Positions 1 through 10,306 of a stretch of 64,000 bases of DNA are shown here, in pieces. Numbering within the stretch: the stretch's first letter is position 1; every line of letters begins with the position of its first letter. The notes below the pieces were generated by a model that saw nothing but the letters and a program-made list of their open reading frames with translations, did no database searches and was not told where the DNA came from. Source of the stretch: Balneolaceae bacterium. GTDB taxonomy: Bacteria > Bacteroidota > Rhodothermia > Balneolales > Balneolaceae. Both the position numbers and the translations under genes were made by a program. The stretch spans positions 10,777 through 74,776 of the forward strand of contig JAFIFB010000105.1 of the NCBI GenBank assembly GCA_020832285.1. Direction: 5' to 3'.

Positions 1-53
1 CTTCCTATTCCAGACGCTGCACCCGTAATTAATATAATTTTGTTCTTAAACAC
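1..53 (-). CDS. Short-chain dehydrogenase/reductase, N-terminal 17 codons only (gene continues left of the window)
   Basis: The minus strand reads (GTG)FKNKIILITGAASGIG, the classical SDR TGxxxGIG Rossmann motif. The start at the GTG at 53 is a guess. Confidence 0.35.
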   Translation of the reverse strand, partial: MFKNKIILITGAASGIG

Positions 54-568
54 TGCAGTATCCTCATTTGGTTTGTTATTGATTTTGAGCCGTGTTAGTA
101 AATAGAACAGATAACGAGTGATATCAGGCTCACAAGATCACTTCAGTATTATTAAAAAAGCATTTACCAAGAAACTTTATAATTAGAAATATTAATACAA
201 TGTAACCTTCTGATATATAACACTTTAGATTTCAAAACTAGAGTTTTTAAATCCTGGAAAACTGTCGGGATTACTGAAGAAATTATTTTTTTTAGATATC
301 CGGACGAATTGATTTTAAATCGATCGGCTATCATAATTGAAAATCGGCACATCGTCAGTTTCGAACGTGTTTAGCAGTTCGATTAAAAACTTACAACACC
401 GGATCTGTCAGCGTTGAATAACAAAATTAATTCCCTTTGACGGTGATCCTGAAGCACCGGTAAAAGGCCCCAAGAGATAGGTGCCAGAAAAACAGTGGCA
501 TCAGGGTACGCTGTCAGGTCACTAAACAGATTCGCAGTTACATCTTCCGGTGCTGCCAATCTTTGGGT

Positions 569-1018
569 TCAATTCACTTTAATCATCTTTGGTTTGACGA
601 CTTCGGCTTTTGGAACTACAAGCTTCAGGACTCCATCTTTAAATGTAGCCTGAATATTGTCTTCCCGGAGTTTTTCCGGCAATGTAAATGACCGGTAGAA
701 ACTTCCGTGATATCTCTCCTGACGGATGAAATCCTTTTTCTCGTCTTTTTCTTCTGCTTTACGCTCTCCGGTAATAGTTATACGACCATCCTGAACATTT
801 ACTTTGATGTCATTTTTTTCCATTCCCGGAATATCCATTCGGATATGGTACTCATTTTCATCTTCTGTTATGTCGGAACTGGGTGACCAGGTACTTAAAG
901 TTTTTCCGCCGTTATCACGGCTCCATGAGAATGGCACCAAATCATCGAAAAAATGGTCCATTTCTCGTCTAAGAGATTCAATTGCACTGGGTTCACTGGT
1001 TCTTTTGGTAAGTTTCAT
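569..1018 (-). CDS. Hsp20/alpha-crystallin family small heat-shock protein
   Basis: 149 aa. Alpha-crystallin domain: YHIRMDIPGMEKNDIKVNV...ITITGERK...GSFYRSFTLPE...ATFKDGVLKLVVPK. Confidence 0.93.
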   Translation of the reverse strand: MKLTKRTSEPSAIESLRREMDHFFDDLVPFSWSRDNGGKTLSTWSPSSDITEDENEYHIRMDIPGMEKNDIKVNVQDGRITITGERKAEEKDEKKDFIRQERYHGSFYRSFTLPEKLREDNIQATFKDGVLKLVVPKAEVVKPKMIKVN

Positions 1019-1062
1019 ATTGTTTCCTCTCGTTTACTGTTTTCTTTATGATTTATTAATTG

Positions 1063-1077
1063 CGGGATCGTATCCCG
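1063..1077. promoter_or_regulatory. Palindrome CGGGATCGTATCCCG in the hsp20 upstream region (candidate operator)
   Basis: Arms of 6 bp (CGGGAT/ATCCCG) separated by 3 nt, 45 nt upstream of the hsp20 ATG. On the coding strand it sits immediately downstream of a TATATA box. Confidence 0.3.
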
Positions 1078-1298
1078 ATTGTATATAAAGAAACAAAGAA
1101 GCATGATTTCATGATGCAATCGCTATTGGATATCCGTTGTAGTAGAAGAGAGTGGACAGATATAAGGGTTTTCATTACATAGTATGGTAATCAGTGGCCT
1201 GCGAAACCTCAGATTCAGATTTGTCGCTTTTTGGTTAAATATGCAGGATTTTGTGGCCAGAAAGGATGATGGAGAAGGAGCGACCGGCGAATTCAGCT

Positions 1299-1964
1299 TC
1301 AGATATATTTTTCGCTTTCAATCCATTTAACGGCATGAACAACCAAAACCGTAGAATTTTTAAAATCCATTTTCTCTTTTATTCTTGACCTGTAAGTCTC
1401 TATGGTTTTTACAGCCAGGTGTAGTTGATCGGCAATTTCATTACTGCTTTTACCCCTGCCGATAAGTTCGAATACTTCAAGCTCTCTATCGCTCAGAATA
1501 TCGACCGGCGAATTCATCAAGGGTTTATTCCCTGACATAGCATTCATCAATAATTTATCAGCAATTTCATCGCTAACATAAATTCCGCCGTTTAGTACCT
1601 TTCGAACAGCCTTTAGAAAAATTTCGCTCGATTCAAATTTCATCATGTATCCTTTTGCACCAGCACGTAATGATCTTTCCGCATAGATTGATTCTTCGTG
1701 TCTTGATATCACCAGCATTTTCTGTTTGGAATCCTGGAAAATCACATTTTTTATCAGTTCCAAACCACTCATACCGGGTAGAGATATATCTACAATTAGT
1801 AAATCGGGTTTGTCTTCGCTAATTGCCAGAATGGCATCTTCTGCCCGTTCGAACTGTGCAGTTACTTCGTACCCCTGTTCGGTCTCCAGCGTACTGACAA
1901 GTCCCTTTCTCATGATTGGATGATCATCAACAATAATAATCTTCTTTTTGAGTGGATTGGTCAT
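1299..1964 (-). CDS. NarL/LuxR-family two-component response regulator (REC + LuxR HTH)
   Basis: IIIVDDHPIMR, phosphoacceptor context DLLIVDISLPGMSG, and C-terminal LSDRELEVFELIGRGKSSNEIADQLHLAVKTIETYRSRI. Confidence 0.93.
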   Translation of the reverse strand: MTNPLKKKIIIVDDHPIMRKGLVSTLETEQGYEVTAQFERAEDAILAISEDKPDLLIVDISLPGMSGLELIKNVIFQDSKQKMLVISRHEESIYAERSLRAGAKGYMMKFESSEIFLKAVRKVLNGGIYVSDEIADKLLMNAMSGNKPLMNSPVDILSDRELEVFELIGRGKSSNEIADQLHLAVKTIETYRSRIKEKMDFKNSTVLVVHAVKWIESEKYI

Positions 1965-2021
1965 TGTATTTTTGTTTGTAATTTACTTTCTCGATGTGTA
2001 TAAATCTGCAAGGGTGAATTT

Positions 2022-3422
2022 TTATTTAAAATGTTCCAGGTTATTAGGAACCACACAGCGGATCCTGGTAAGACCCTCTTCAGTTCTTATAACTTCAAAT
2101 ATACCGTTCATAACACCAGCCCGGTGTTTCATAATCTGCAGTCCTGATCCCTGTCTCGATTGTTCTATTTTCTTTATATCAAATCCTTTTCCGTCATCAT
2201 CTACGATCAGTGATGTGTGATGATCATTTGACGACAACCAAACGGTAATTTTTTTTGCATCACTGTGTTTTAATGCATTGTTAACCGATTCCTGTGCAAT
2301 TCTATACAGTTGATGACCCATACTGTTAGATTTAATTTCCGTATTACCAACCTCCTTGAATTCAAGCCTGATTTCCGAAAGCCGAGAGACACGCCTGCAC
2401 AAATTTTCAAGTGCAACGCTTAACCCGTTATTTTCCAGGTCTATTTGAACCATCTCTCTTGAAATAGTTCTGGTATATTCATCTGCTTTATTAACCAATG
2501 AAGCAATTTCGTTTACCTCGTTGGCACCGGGAAGAGCATTTGCCTTCAGTTTTCGTGCAAGGTTTTCCGACAGCATTCTGATCCCGGTAAGCATTTGTCC
2601 AAGTTCATCATGGAGTTCACGTCCAATCTGCTGTCGTTCTTCATCTCCAATTTCCAGGATTCGCCTTTCCAGTTTCCTGCGTTCGGTAAGGTCTTTAATG
2701 ATTCCGGAAAATAACCGGTTGCCTGCCCATGTAACTTCACTTACGGAAAGGTCGACAGGAAAAATAGTTCCGTCTTTTTTTCTGCCCTGCACCTCTCTTC
2801 CGATGCCAATAATTTTTTTCTTACCGGTTTTAAGATAGTTAAGGATGTATTTGTCATGATTTTCGTTATGCGGAAAAGGCATTAATATTTTTACATTTTC
2901 CCCGATCAGTTCTTCTTCCTGATAACCAAACATTTGAATGGTAGAACGGTTTATCGTTTCAATAATGCCGATCTTATTAATGGTGATCATTGCATCAATA
3001 CTTGTATCGAAAATGGCTTGGCTAATTGCCATATTCTTTTTAAGCTTACCCTCGGTATAATTCAAATTCCCGACATCACAAATTGTTATTACACAGATCA
3101 TCGGTTTTTGATCGGTATCGTGAAAAATTTTTAATCTCACATCAAGCCAGACTTTTCTTCCGTTTTTATGGAGGGCATGCCACCTGCCATGCACCATTTT
3201 CCTTTCAGCACATTTTTTCAGAATATTTTTGAATGGAATATCTTCACCATCTGCATAGAGTGTGCTCACGGGCCTGCCTATAATCTCTTCTTTCTCGTAC
3301 CCTAAAATTTCTTTATTGGCATTATTCCAGAAAGTAATATGGCCTCTTAAATCGGTTATAAGAACACCGTGAAACATATTCTCCAGAATCTGAAGCTGAT
3401 CAAACAGATAGTTATTCATCAT
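2022..3422 (-). CDS. Cytoplasmic sensor histidine kinase: two PAS domains + HisKA_3 + HATPase_c
   Basis: No transmembrane segment. PAS-like repeats (ITFWNNANKEILGY; IIETINRSTIQMFGY). H-box RELHDELGQMLTGI typical of NarX/DegS-type HisKA_3. C-terminal N and G boxes (NALKHS, DDDGKGF, GSGLQIM). Confidence 0.9.
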   Translation of the reverse strand: MMNNYLFDQLQILENMFHGVLITDLRGHITFWNNANKEILGYEKEEIIGRPVSTLYADGEDIPFKNILKKCAERKMVHGRWHALHKNGRKVWLDVRLKIFHDTDQKPMICVITICDVGNLNYTEGKLKKNMAISQAIFDTSIDAMITINKIGIIETINRSTIQMFGYQEEELIGENVKILMPFPHNENHDKYILNYLKTGKKKIIGIGREVQGRKKDGTIFPVDLSVSEVTWAGNRLFSGIIKDLTERRKLERRILEIGDEERQQIGRELHDELGQMLTGIRMLSENLARKLKANALPGANEVNEIASLVNKADEYTRTISREMVQIDLENNGLSVALENLCRRVSRLSEIRLEFKEVGNTEIKSNSMGHQLYRIAQESVNNALKHSDAKKITVWLSSNDHHTSLIVDDDGKGFDIKKIEQSRQGSGLQIMKHRAGVMNGIFEVIRTEEGLTRIRCVVPNNLEHFK

Positions 3423-3618
3423 ATTTAGGCTCTCCTATTGCAGATCAATGAATCTCTTGCTGATATCGATTAATAATGATGCCCCGGAAGTTTTAAAAAC
3501 CCTCTTGTTATTATTATATAAGAGAATAGTGAGAATAACAATATGTATATTTGTAAAACCATTCTTATGGTTAACAACCTAAAGTAATTTTCTCATATTT
3601 TTTTTAAATTTTATCTAA

Positions 3619-6342
3619 TCACCCGATAAAACTTTTTCTCCAGCGGTTAATATTCTTGTCTAATTCCCCACCGGCTATCACTAAAGAGCCTATTCCAATT
3701 ATTATTAGCCAAATTTCAGTGCCAAGCGGTACGGTTTGAAAAACTGACTGTAAAAATCCATTATACAGAACTGCCAGGTGAGCCAAAATAGCTGCGGTTA
3801 CACTTATAAACAGGAATTTGTTTGAAAAAAAATTGATTTTCAAAAGGCTTCGATCCAGAGATCGACAGTTGAATACATGAAAGAACTGGAAAACCACCAT
3901 CTGTGTCATTGCGACCGTGCGTGCATATTCAAGGTCGCCGCTTTGATCCAAGACCCACCAAAACATACCAAGTGTGCCTGCAGCCAGTACCAGGCCAACC
4001 CCTCCAAGCCTTTGTAAAAGCCGGCCGGTTAAAATCCCTTCTTTAATTGGCCGTGGTTTTCGTTTAACAATTCCCGGTTCACCCGGTTCAAATGCCAGGG
4101 CCACATCCTGCAAACCGTTTGTAACCAGATTGATCCATAAAATCTGCACGGCAATAAACGGCAGCGGCCAATTCATCAGTACGGCAATCAGTATAACAAT
4201 TACTTCACCAACAGCGGTAGACAATAAGAAAAAAGTAACCTTTCGGATATTGGAGAATACAATCCGTCCCTCTTCGATTGCTGCAGTAATAGTCGCAAAG
4301 TTGTCGTCTGCCAATACCATATCTGATGCTTCCCTGGCTACATCTGTCCCGGTTTTTCCCATTGCCACACCGATATGGGCTGCCCTGAGTGCAGGAGCGT
4401 CATTCACTCCATCACCTGTAACTGCTACTATATGGCCAATATGTTTAAGGCGATCCACTACCCTCAGTTTATGCCGGGGTGACACTCTTGCAAAAATATT
4501 GACTTTATCCAGTTTTTCGTCGAGTTCTTCGTTAGAAATATGATCGAGTTCGCTTCCTTCCAGTGACGATGTTTCATCGCTGTGATTCAGTCCCAATTTC
4601 CGCCCAATTGCAACTGCCGTGTCTACATGGTCACCTGTAATCATTATCACGCGGATCCCGGCTTTCTGTGAAATACGGATCGATTCAACGGCTTCCGGAC
4701 GGACCGGATCTTCCATTCCCTGCAATCCAGTCAGTGTGAATCCGCCTTGAAGCTGTTCCATATGCAACTTTTCATCACCATTCCACTCCCGGTTAGCCAT
4801 TGCTAATACCCGGAGCCCTTCTTCGGCCAGCGTAGTGGCCGCTGAACGAACTTGTTCCGGCGAGCATGTAATACGCTCACCGTTAACAAGAATATGTGTG
4901 CACTTTTCGAGCACAGCTTCCGGAGCCCCTTTCAGGTAAACGACGTTTCTATTCTTTACCCGGTTTAGCGTAGCCATAAATTTCCTTTCCGGCTCAAACG
5001 GCAACAGATCAATTTCTTCCATTTCAAGCCTGCTTTCTGAAAGCCGGATACCACCTTTCCATGCAGAAACATGCAGAGCTACTTCTGTGGGATCACCTTT
5101 GGGATCTCCCGATTCAACTGCTTCAATAATTGCCTCATTTGCCAGAGTACCGGCTAACAGGGTTTGATAGAGGCCGTTTTGTGTATTATTATCTATCTCA
5201 TTTCCATTATTAATTATCTTTCCAAGCAAGGTGTATCCAGTTCCTGTAGTATTGTAAAATTTACCGTCAGCCCAAATTTTCCGAACTGTCATCTCATTTT
5301 TGGTGAGTGTACCTGTTTTATCAGAGCCGATTATTGTCGTGCTCCCAAGCGTTTCCACTGCTGGAAGTGATCTGATTATCGCCTGGCGCTTAGCCATTCG
5401 GCGTACACCGATTGCCAGTGTAATGGTAAATACCACGGGCAACCCTTCAGGAATGGCCGACACTGCAATCGCTACAACTGTGATAAATACTTCATAGGGA
5501 TTCATTTTGTGAATAATGCCTATAACAGCAATTATTGCAGAAAACATGATGATGACAAGGCCAATGAGGTTTCCCATCCGTTCTACTTTTTCCTGCAGGG
5601 GCGTGTGGGTAATTCCTATCTCTTTTACAGAAGATGCAATTTTTCCTAATTCCGTGGATTTGCCGGTTTGGACCACGATGGCTTTTGCCCGACCCTGGGC
5701 TACAATGGTACCAGCAAACAGCATATTTACCTGATCACCCGGAACCGGGTTTACGGCATCTATCACTAAACTCTCTTTATGAACCACCAGAGATTCTCCC
5801 GTGAGAGACGATTCATTCACTTCCAGCCCTTTTTGCTGAATAATTCTCATATCCGCAGCAATGTGTCCGCCTGAAGTGAGAAGTACTATGTCACCCGGTA
5901 CCAGATCTTTACCCGGAATTTCAATCTCATGGCTATCACGGATAACATGTGCTATTGGTGCTGTGAGCTGTGAAAGGGTAAGAATGGCATTCTGAGCCTT
6001 GATTTCCTGGAAGAACCCAATCACAGCGTTTATTAAAACCACGAGTGTGATCACAACTGAATCCACATAGTCTTGCAGAATCAGGGTTACAAAAGCAGCC
6101 AAAATAAGAATGTAGATGAGAGGATCTGTGAACTGATTTAGCAGAATTTTCCAGCGTGAAAGGCCTTTTTCGATTTCTATTTCGTTTGGACCATAACGTT
6201 CCAGTCTTATCTTTGCCTCAGCATTACTCAACCCGGTTTTCGCAGAACTACCCAGTAAACCGGATACTTCTTCGGCTGTAAGGTTATACCACCGTTCTGT
6301 TTTTAAATTTTCTTCCTGTTTTGCAGACTGAATGTTAACCAT
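3619..6342 (-). CDS. Cation-transporting P-type ATPase, P2 (Ca2+/SERCA-PMCA-like, CtpF-like)
   Basis: 907 aa. Motifs TGES, PEGLP, DKTGTLT, TGDHVDTA, VTGDGVNDAPAL, and about 10 transmembrane segments. Confidence 0.93.
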   Translation of the reverse strand: MVNIQSAKQEENLKTERWYNLTAEEVSGLLGSSAKTGLSNAEAKIRLERYGPNEIEIEKGLSRWKILLNQFTDPLIYILILAAFVTLILQDYVDSVVITLVVLINAVIGFFQEIKAQNAILTLSQLTAPIAHVIRDSHEIEIPGKDLVPGDIVLLTSGGHIAADMRIIQQKGLEVNESSLTGESLVVHKESLVIDAVNPVPGDQVNMLFAGTIVAQGRAKAIVVQTGKSTELGKIASSVKEIGITHTPLQEKVERMGNLIGLVIIMFSAIIAVIGIIHKMNPYEVFITVVAIAVSAIPEGLPVVFTITLAIGVRRMAKRQAIIRSLPAVETLGSTTIIGSDKTGTLTKNEMTVRKIWADGKFYNTTGTGYTLLGKIINNGNEIDNNTQNGLYQTLLAGTLANEAIIEAVESGDPKGDPTEVALHVSAWKGGIRLSESRLEMEEIDLLPFEPERKFMATLNRVKNRNVVYLKGAPEAVLEKCTHILVNGERITCSPEQVRSAATTLAEEGLRVLAMANREWNGDEKLHMEQLQGGFTLTGLQGMEDPVRPEAVESIRISQKAGIRVIMITGDHVDTAVAIGRKLGLNHSDETSSLEGSELDHISNEELDEKLDKVNIFARVSPRHKLRVVDRLKHIGHIVAVTGDGVNDAPALRAAHIGVAMGKTGTDVAREASDMVLADDNFATITAAIEEGRIVFSNIRKVTFFLLSTAVGEVIVILIAVLMNWPLPFIAVQILWINLVTNGLQDVALAFEPGEPGIVKRKPRPIKEGILTGRLLQRLGGVGLVLAAGTLGMFWWVLDQSGDLEYARTVAMTQMVVFQFFHVFNCRSLDRSLLKINFFSNKFLFISVTAAILAHLAVLYNGFLQSVFQTVPLGTEIWLIIIGIGSLVIAGGELDKNINRWRKSFIG

Positions 6343-6388
6343 GCTTCACCAGTTTCGTTCTGATTCTTGAAATATCACTCTAATACAA

Positions 6389-6416
6389 TAAAAAAAATGC
6401 TACAGGAGGCTGTCAG
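6389..6416 (-). terminator. Rho-independent terminator after the hemG-like gene
   Basis: On the minus strand, GCTGACAG-CCTC-CTGTAGC forms a 7-bp stem with one bulge, followed by a T8 run. It lies 41 nt after the stop. Confidence 0.5.
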
Positions 6417-6456
6417 CTTTGAAGTAGTTACTCACTTTTTTTCTGTGAGAATAGTT

Positions 6457-6993
6457 TTACTTTTCAGCGTGTAAATTTTCCATTTTTTCGACTACCTTTT
6501 TCAGCTGGTCCCAGTCAGTATAGATGTAATCACGCGATGCATCGGAATCACCTCCCGAGCGATTACTGATCACACGCATCAAGAAGCGTTTTAAAAAATC
6601 GTATTTGGTGTAAAGCAGTGCTCCTGCGGTATGTTCAATCAACACCGGCTTCCAGCCGGTCATAATCAGGAAATCTTCTGTTTGCTTTTTCAGCTCATTC
6701 CACAATTCAGATTCATTTGCTGCAGCTGTGAGACTAACAGGGATAAAAATGGTTTTCATCTGGTTCAATGCTATATGATGATCGCGAACATAATGCTCGA
6801 CAGAGGCTTGATATTTTCCGGCGTGAATGGAAGCGGCGATAATCACAACATCATACCCTTCAGGTGGCGGAGGGTTTAAAGTTGCATCAAACAAATCGAC
6901 AATATGATTCAGTTTTTGTGCTTCATTGCTCAAAAATTCGGAGATCGTTCGGGTATGTCCCTCAGTGGTGGCGTATATAATGGATATTTTCAT
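6457..6993 (-). CDS. hemG: Flavodoxin-fold protein, HemG-like (menaquinone-dependent protoporphyrinogen oxidase family)
   Basis: 178 aa. N-terminal KISIIYATTEGHTRTISEFL. The C-terminal stretch GALLYTKYDFLKRFLMRVISNRSGGDSDASRDYIYTDWDQL closely parallels the E. coli HemG tail as I remember it. Confidence 0.7.
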   Translation of the reverse strand: MKISIIYATTEGHTRTISEFLSNEAQKLNHIVDLFDATLNPPPPEGYDVVIIAASIHAGKYQASVEHYVRDHHIALNQMKTIFIPVSLTAAANESELWNELKKQTEDFLIMTGWKPVLIEHTAGALLYTKYDFLKRFLMRVISNRSGGDSDASRDYIYTDWDQLKKVVEKMENLHAEK

Positions 6994-7017
6994 TTTGGAT
7001 TAATGTTTATTTATAGG

Positions 7018-9576
7018 TTATTCTTGCAAGATTATATCCCGGGTTTTCGGATTTTTGATACGTTTCCTGTCACTCCATTTTTCCAACAGGTAGAGTAGTG
7101 AAGGCAGCAAGACCAGTGAGGCCAGGAGCATCAGCCCGATTCCGGCAACAGCCATCTCTCCGATAGATCTCATTCCCGGATGTGTTGAAAAAAGCAGGCC
7201 GGCAAACCCAAGCATTGTGGTAAGTGAACTAACGGTGATATGTTCGCCGGTGGAACGAAGTACTTTTCTGATAGATCCTTTTCCCTCTTCGATATAGCGA
7301 TGCACCATATGGATGCCACTGTCGTCTCCGATACCGAGTATGGTTGGCAGTACAACGATGTTGTAAAAATTTAGTTTCCATCCAACAATATCCATCAAAC
7401 CGAACAGCCAGAGAAAGCTGGCGGCGAGAGGTAAGAGTGCAAGCAGCATCCATTTAATGCTTCGGAAAATGAGAAGTTTGACGAAGATGATGAAGCTAAG
7501 CGTAAGGGCAACCATCCTTGGTGCTTCATGAATCATGAGCCGCAGCATATCGGAAGCAACAATGGACGTTGAAGCGGCGTGATATCGTTTGCCGTTGTCG
7601 ATCAGGATGTCCGACAAATCATCGGCAAAGTTCATGGAATTACGGCCGTCGGAGAGCGGTACAGCCGGGTAAACAATTACGAGGTTGCCAACGGTACCAT
7701 CTTTAGATGTAAATGGTTCTATAAGAAAATCCGGCACATCGTAAAGTGCAACAGGGGAGTTTGTGGATGCAGCTCTTTCCAGTATCTCAAGCTGTTCAGA
7801 ATTACTGAGTTGAAGGAACGGGTCAGCAAGTTGATCCCGGATCTCACTGATACGGGCCAGTTTTTGCTGCTGTTCCCAATCGGTAAATGGGTAACGGTCC
7901 TGGAATATTTCGACTTCGAGAATAGTCGGTGACAGGGTGTCCTGTTCCATTTTTTTCAGTAAAATGTTCCGAATACTGACAGCATCGCCTGGTGTATCGG
8001 CGATAATATAAGCAGCATTTCGGGTTTTACGGTCACTGTAAACCTTTCGGGCTTCCTGTGAAACCCGTACATATTCTTCATAAACCGGCTCCAGCTTGCC
8101 AAATTCATATTCAAAATCGATGTTTCTGCTTAGCCATCCTGACCAAATAGTGGCTGCCAGGCATAAAATAACCACAAGTACGGTAATGGTCTTTTTATCC
8201 GGCCCCTGCCCGGAAGTCTTTTGTTTTCCATTATGAAGGAAGTGTTGAACCGGTAGATTGGTTTTTAAAAACCCTGTTTTTTCCAGTAAAACGATGAGAG
8301 CCGGGAGCAGAAAAATCATGGAGAGTATGGAAAACAGGATACCGATACCGGCAATGGCACCAAATTCACTAAACCCTTTGAAGTCTGCCAGCATCAGGAT
8401 GAAGAAGGCCGCCGATGTTGTGATACCAACAGCGGCAATCGCTTGTCCGGTAGTCATGAACGTGGTTTCAATGGCATCATGTACGGGTGCACCTTCGCTG
8501 CGTTCTTCGGTATATCGGGCATAAAAGTGAATTCCAAAGTCAATACCCATTCCAAAAAGAAGCAAAATGAGGGTAGAGGTCATGATATTTAATGTTTTAA
8601 ACAGGTACCAAGATAGCCCAAATGTCCAGCAGAGACTTATTCCAAGTGGGAGTGCCATGATCAGCCCTGTCAGAGGAAGCCGTGCCAATTCAGATAAAAA
8701 AATATTTAGTGATGTTTTGCCACCCGTTCTCATCGAATAATTTTTATAGAAAAAATAACCCATAACCAGCAGAAGCAACATAGCGGTTCCTGCGGCAAAC
8801 GAATCGCGCACGTCTTTGTAAATAGAATCTATTTCGATCAGGGTTCGCAGAAGCCTTCCGGCCAAAACCCATGAAATTTCCGCACTGCCATAGTCGGCTG
8901 CCACCCCGGCAACTACCCGATCCAGGTCATTATACAGTTGCCGGATATACTGAACATCTGTTTGTGAACCAGAAGGATAAAAACGGATTGCCATTGTCAG
9001 CGAATCTGCAGAAATCGGATATTCCGATCCAATCAGCTCGTCGTAGGTTTGTTTTAGTTCGTTGCCGAGTGAGTCAGCGAATGCGGCATCTTCATCAAGT
9101 TCAAAGTAGAAGGGATTGGCTCGCAAGCGTGCGAGTGAGATTTCCTCACTCAGAAAATTTTTAATAAGATTCAGTTCTCCTTCGGTCGCAAACCAAAGTG
9201 CATTCCATTCAAGAAATTTGGTGTCTTTTCGGTATTCATAGCGGTTAAAGTAGGGTGATCCGTCAGTTCGGTTCTTCATGTTCATGACTTCGGGGATCAG
9301 CTTTTCGGCAAATTCTCTGTTCAGATCAAATGAAGGGCTTTGGATCACTACAGCCGCTTCATTTATGGTGCCCACCTGTTCGCGAAGTTTTTCCAGTGCC
9401 TGGACACTCGCATAACTTTCCGGTATCAGCTTTGAGAAGTCGTTATCGATACGAAGGTTTAAAGCCAGAATAACGCTGCCGGCAGCTAACAGAATACCTG
9501 TAAGCAGTACAACTGCCGGATGAGATATGCAATACCGGATTGCCGGCCTGATAGTATTAAAAAGTTTTTCAAGCAT
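7018..9576 (-). CDS. MMPL/RND-superfamily transporter (HpnN-like, 12 TM with two large periplasmic loops)
   Basis: Internally duplicated architecture. Repeated motif GMGIDFGIHFYARY in one half and GIGDDSGIHMVHRY in the other. The ATG at 9576 (MLEKLFNTIRP...) is preferred over the upstream TTG at 9621. Confidence 0.8.
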   Translation of the reverse strand: MLEKLFNTIRPAIRYCISHPAVVLLTGILLAAGSVILALNLRIDNDFSKLIPESYASVQALEKLREQVGTINEAAVVIQSPSFDLNREFAEKLIPEVMNMKNRTDGSPYFNRYEYRKDTKFLEWNALWFATEGELNLIKNFLSEEISLARLRANPFYFELDEDAAFADSLGNELKQTYDELIGSEYPISADSLTMAIRFYPSGSQTDVQYIRQLYNDLDRVVAGVAADYGSAEISWVLAGRLLRTLIEIDSIYKDVRDSFAAGTAMLLLLVMGYFFYKNYSMRTGGKTSLNIFLSELARLPLTGLIMALPLGISLCWTFGLSWYLFKTLNIMTSTLILLLFGMGIDFGIHFYARYTEERSEGAPVHDAIETTFMTTGQAIAAVGITTSAAFFILMLADFKGFSEFGAIAGIGILFSILSMIFLLPALIVLLEKTGFLKTNLPVQHFLHNGKQKTSGQGPDKKTITVLVVILCLAATIWSGWLSRNIDFEYEFGKLEPVYEEYVRVSQEARKVYSDRKTRNAAYIIADTPGDAVSIRNILLKKMEQDTLSPTILEVEIFQDRYPFTDWEQQQKLARISEIRDQLADPFLQLSNSEQLEILERAASTNSPVALYDVPDFLIEPFTSKDGTVGNLVIVYPAVPLSDGRNSMNFADDLSDILIDNGKRYHAASTSIVASDMLRLMIHEAPRMVALTLSFIIFVKLLIFRSIKWMLLALLPLAASFLWLFGLMDIVGWKLNFYNIVVLPTILGIGDDSGIHMVHRYIEEGKGSIRKVLRSTGEHITVSSLTTMLGFAGLLFSTHPGMRSIGEMAVAGIGLMLLASLVLLPSLLYLLEKWSDRKRIKNPKTRDIILQE

Positions 9577-10201
9577 GGAAAATATCTGTTTACATTGCGA
9601 AATAAAGCATATTCCAACCAATAAACAGGAGTTGCAGCCTCAACTGTGTCTTTCTTGAATTATGAACTGTTATACAGGTATTTAACCAATCCGGAATCTG
9701 TTTACGTTATCTGTATGCAGTTTGGTCATTAAGTTTGATATCAGCCAATAAAAATTTTTTTTCATGGCAATTGGGTAACCTTAATTACGAACTTAAATCT
9801 CTTTGACCAATAATACACGGGAGACATTCTAGCATTGGGGTAATATAAACCCTTTATATTCTGTAGGATATAACTTACTTCCTTTTCTCTTTTTCCTATT
9901 ATTAAAAGGTGCACAAGATCTCAGTAGATGGAGATACCTGTTACAATTGGTGTCTGTTACTTTTGATGATAGATATACAATTTTAATTATATATGTTAAG
10001 TATCTGATTCACATCACAAATTGATGTTAGAAGTGTTCTTCATGAACATATAACTGAAAATCGCATAGAGTTGTAATGTTGTTCCTTACATCTCCGGTAG
10101 CAGTTCGGCTACGTTTGCATCAGGCATTGATTGAGGGTTAGAAAAAGAATAAAAAACGATCTTTATTCAAGATACAGTGAAGAAGATAATTGAAGGTAAT
10201 A

Positions 10202-10306
10202 ATGAAAGGAGTCAGTTTTGGATTGATTGCAGGAGGTATTGCTATAATTACTTTGGGCGGGACGGTTCTTGCTGTGATTCGTTTTAAGAAAACACAGAAA
10301 AAATGA
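10202..10306 (+). CDS. Possible 34-aa single-pass membrane peptide
   Basis: MKGVSFGLIAGGIAIITLGGTVLAVIRFKKTQKK: one hydrophobic helix plus a basic tail. Its stop overlaps the next ATG (ATGA). It is too short for certainty. Confidence 0.3.
   Translation: MKGVSFGLIAGGIAIITLGGTVLAVIRFKKTQKK

Noticed and set aside
164-352. 62-aa minus-strand ORF in the left-hand spacer
   Set aside because: It is very AT-rich with a low-complexity translation, has no recognisable motif, and sits in what looks like a spacer. It is most likely non-coding.
420-568. GC-richer segment downstream of hsp20 with scattered complements (GCACCGG/CCGGTGC, TGCCA/TGGCA)
   Set aside because: I found no consistent fold, no terminator tail, no ORF and no second copy, so there is too little to call an RNA.
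3974-4543. 189-aa plus-strand ORF inside the P-type ATPase gene
   Set aside because: It is an antisense shadow ORF within a strongly supported gene. Its Ser/Pro/Ala-rich, featureless translation is typical of reverse frames. The same reasoning applies to the other antisense ORFs in the track: 2521..2838, 5164..5734, 7579..7932 and 8258..9164.
9622-10201. 580-nt gene-free spacer upstream of the RND gene, examined for ncRNA, small ORFs and repeats
   Set aside because: I found only AT-only inverted repeats (e.g. AATATAAA-ccc-TTTATATT). No stable structure, conserved motif or plausible ORF was found.
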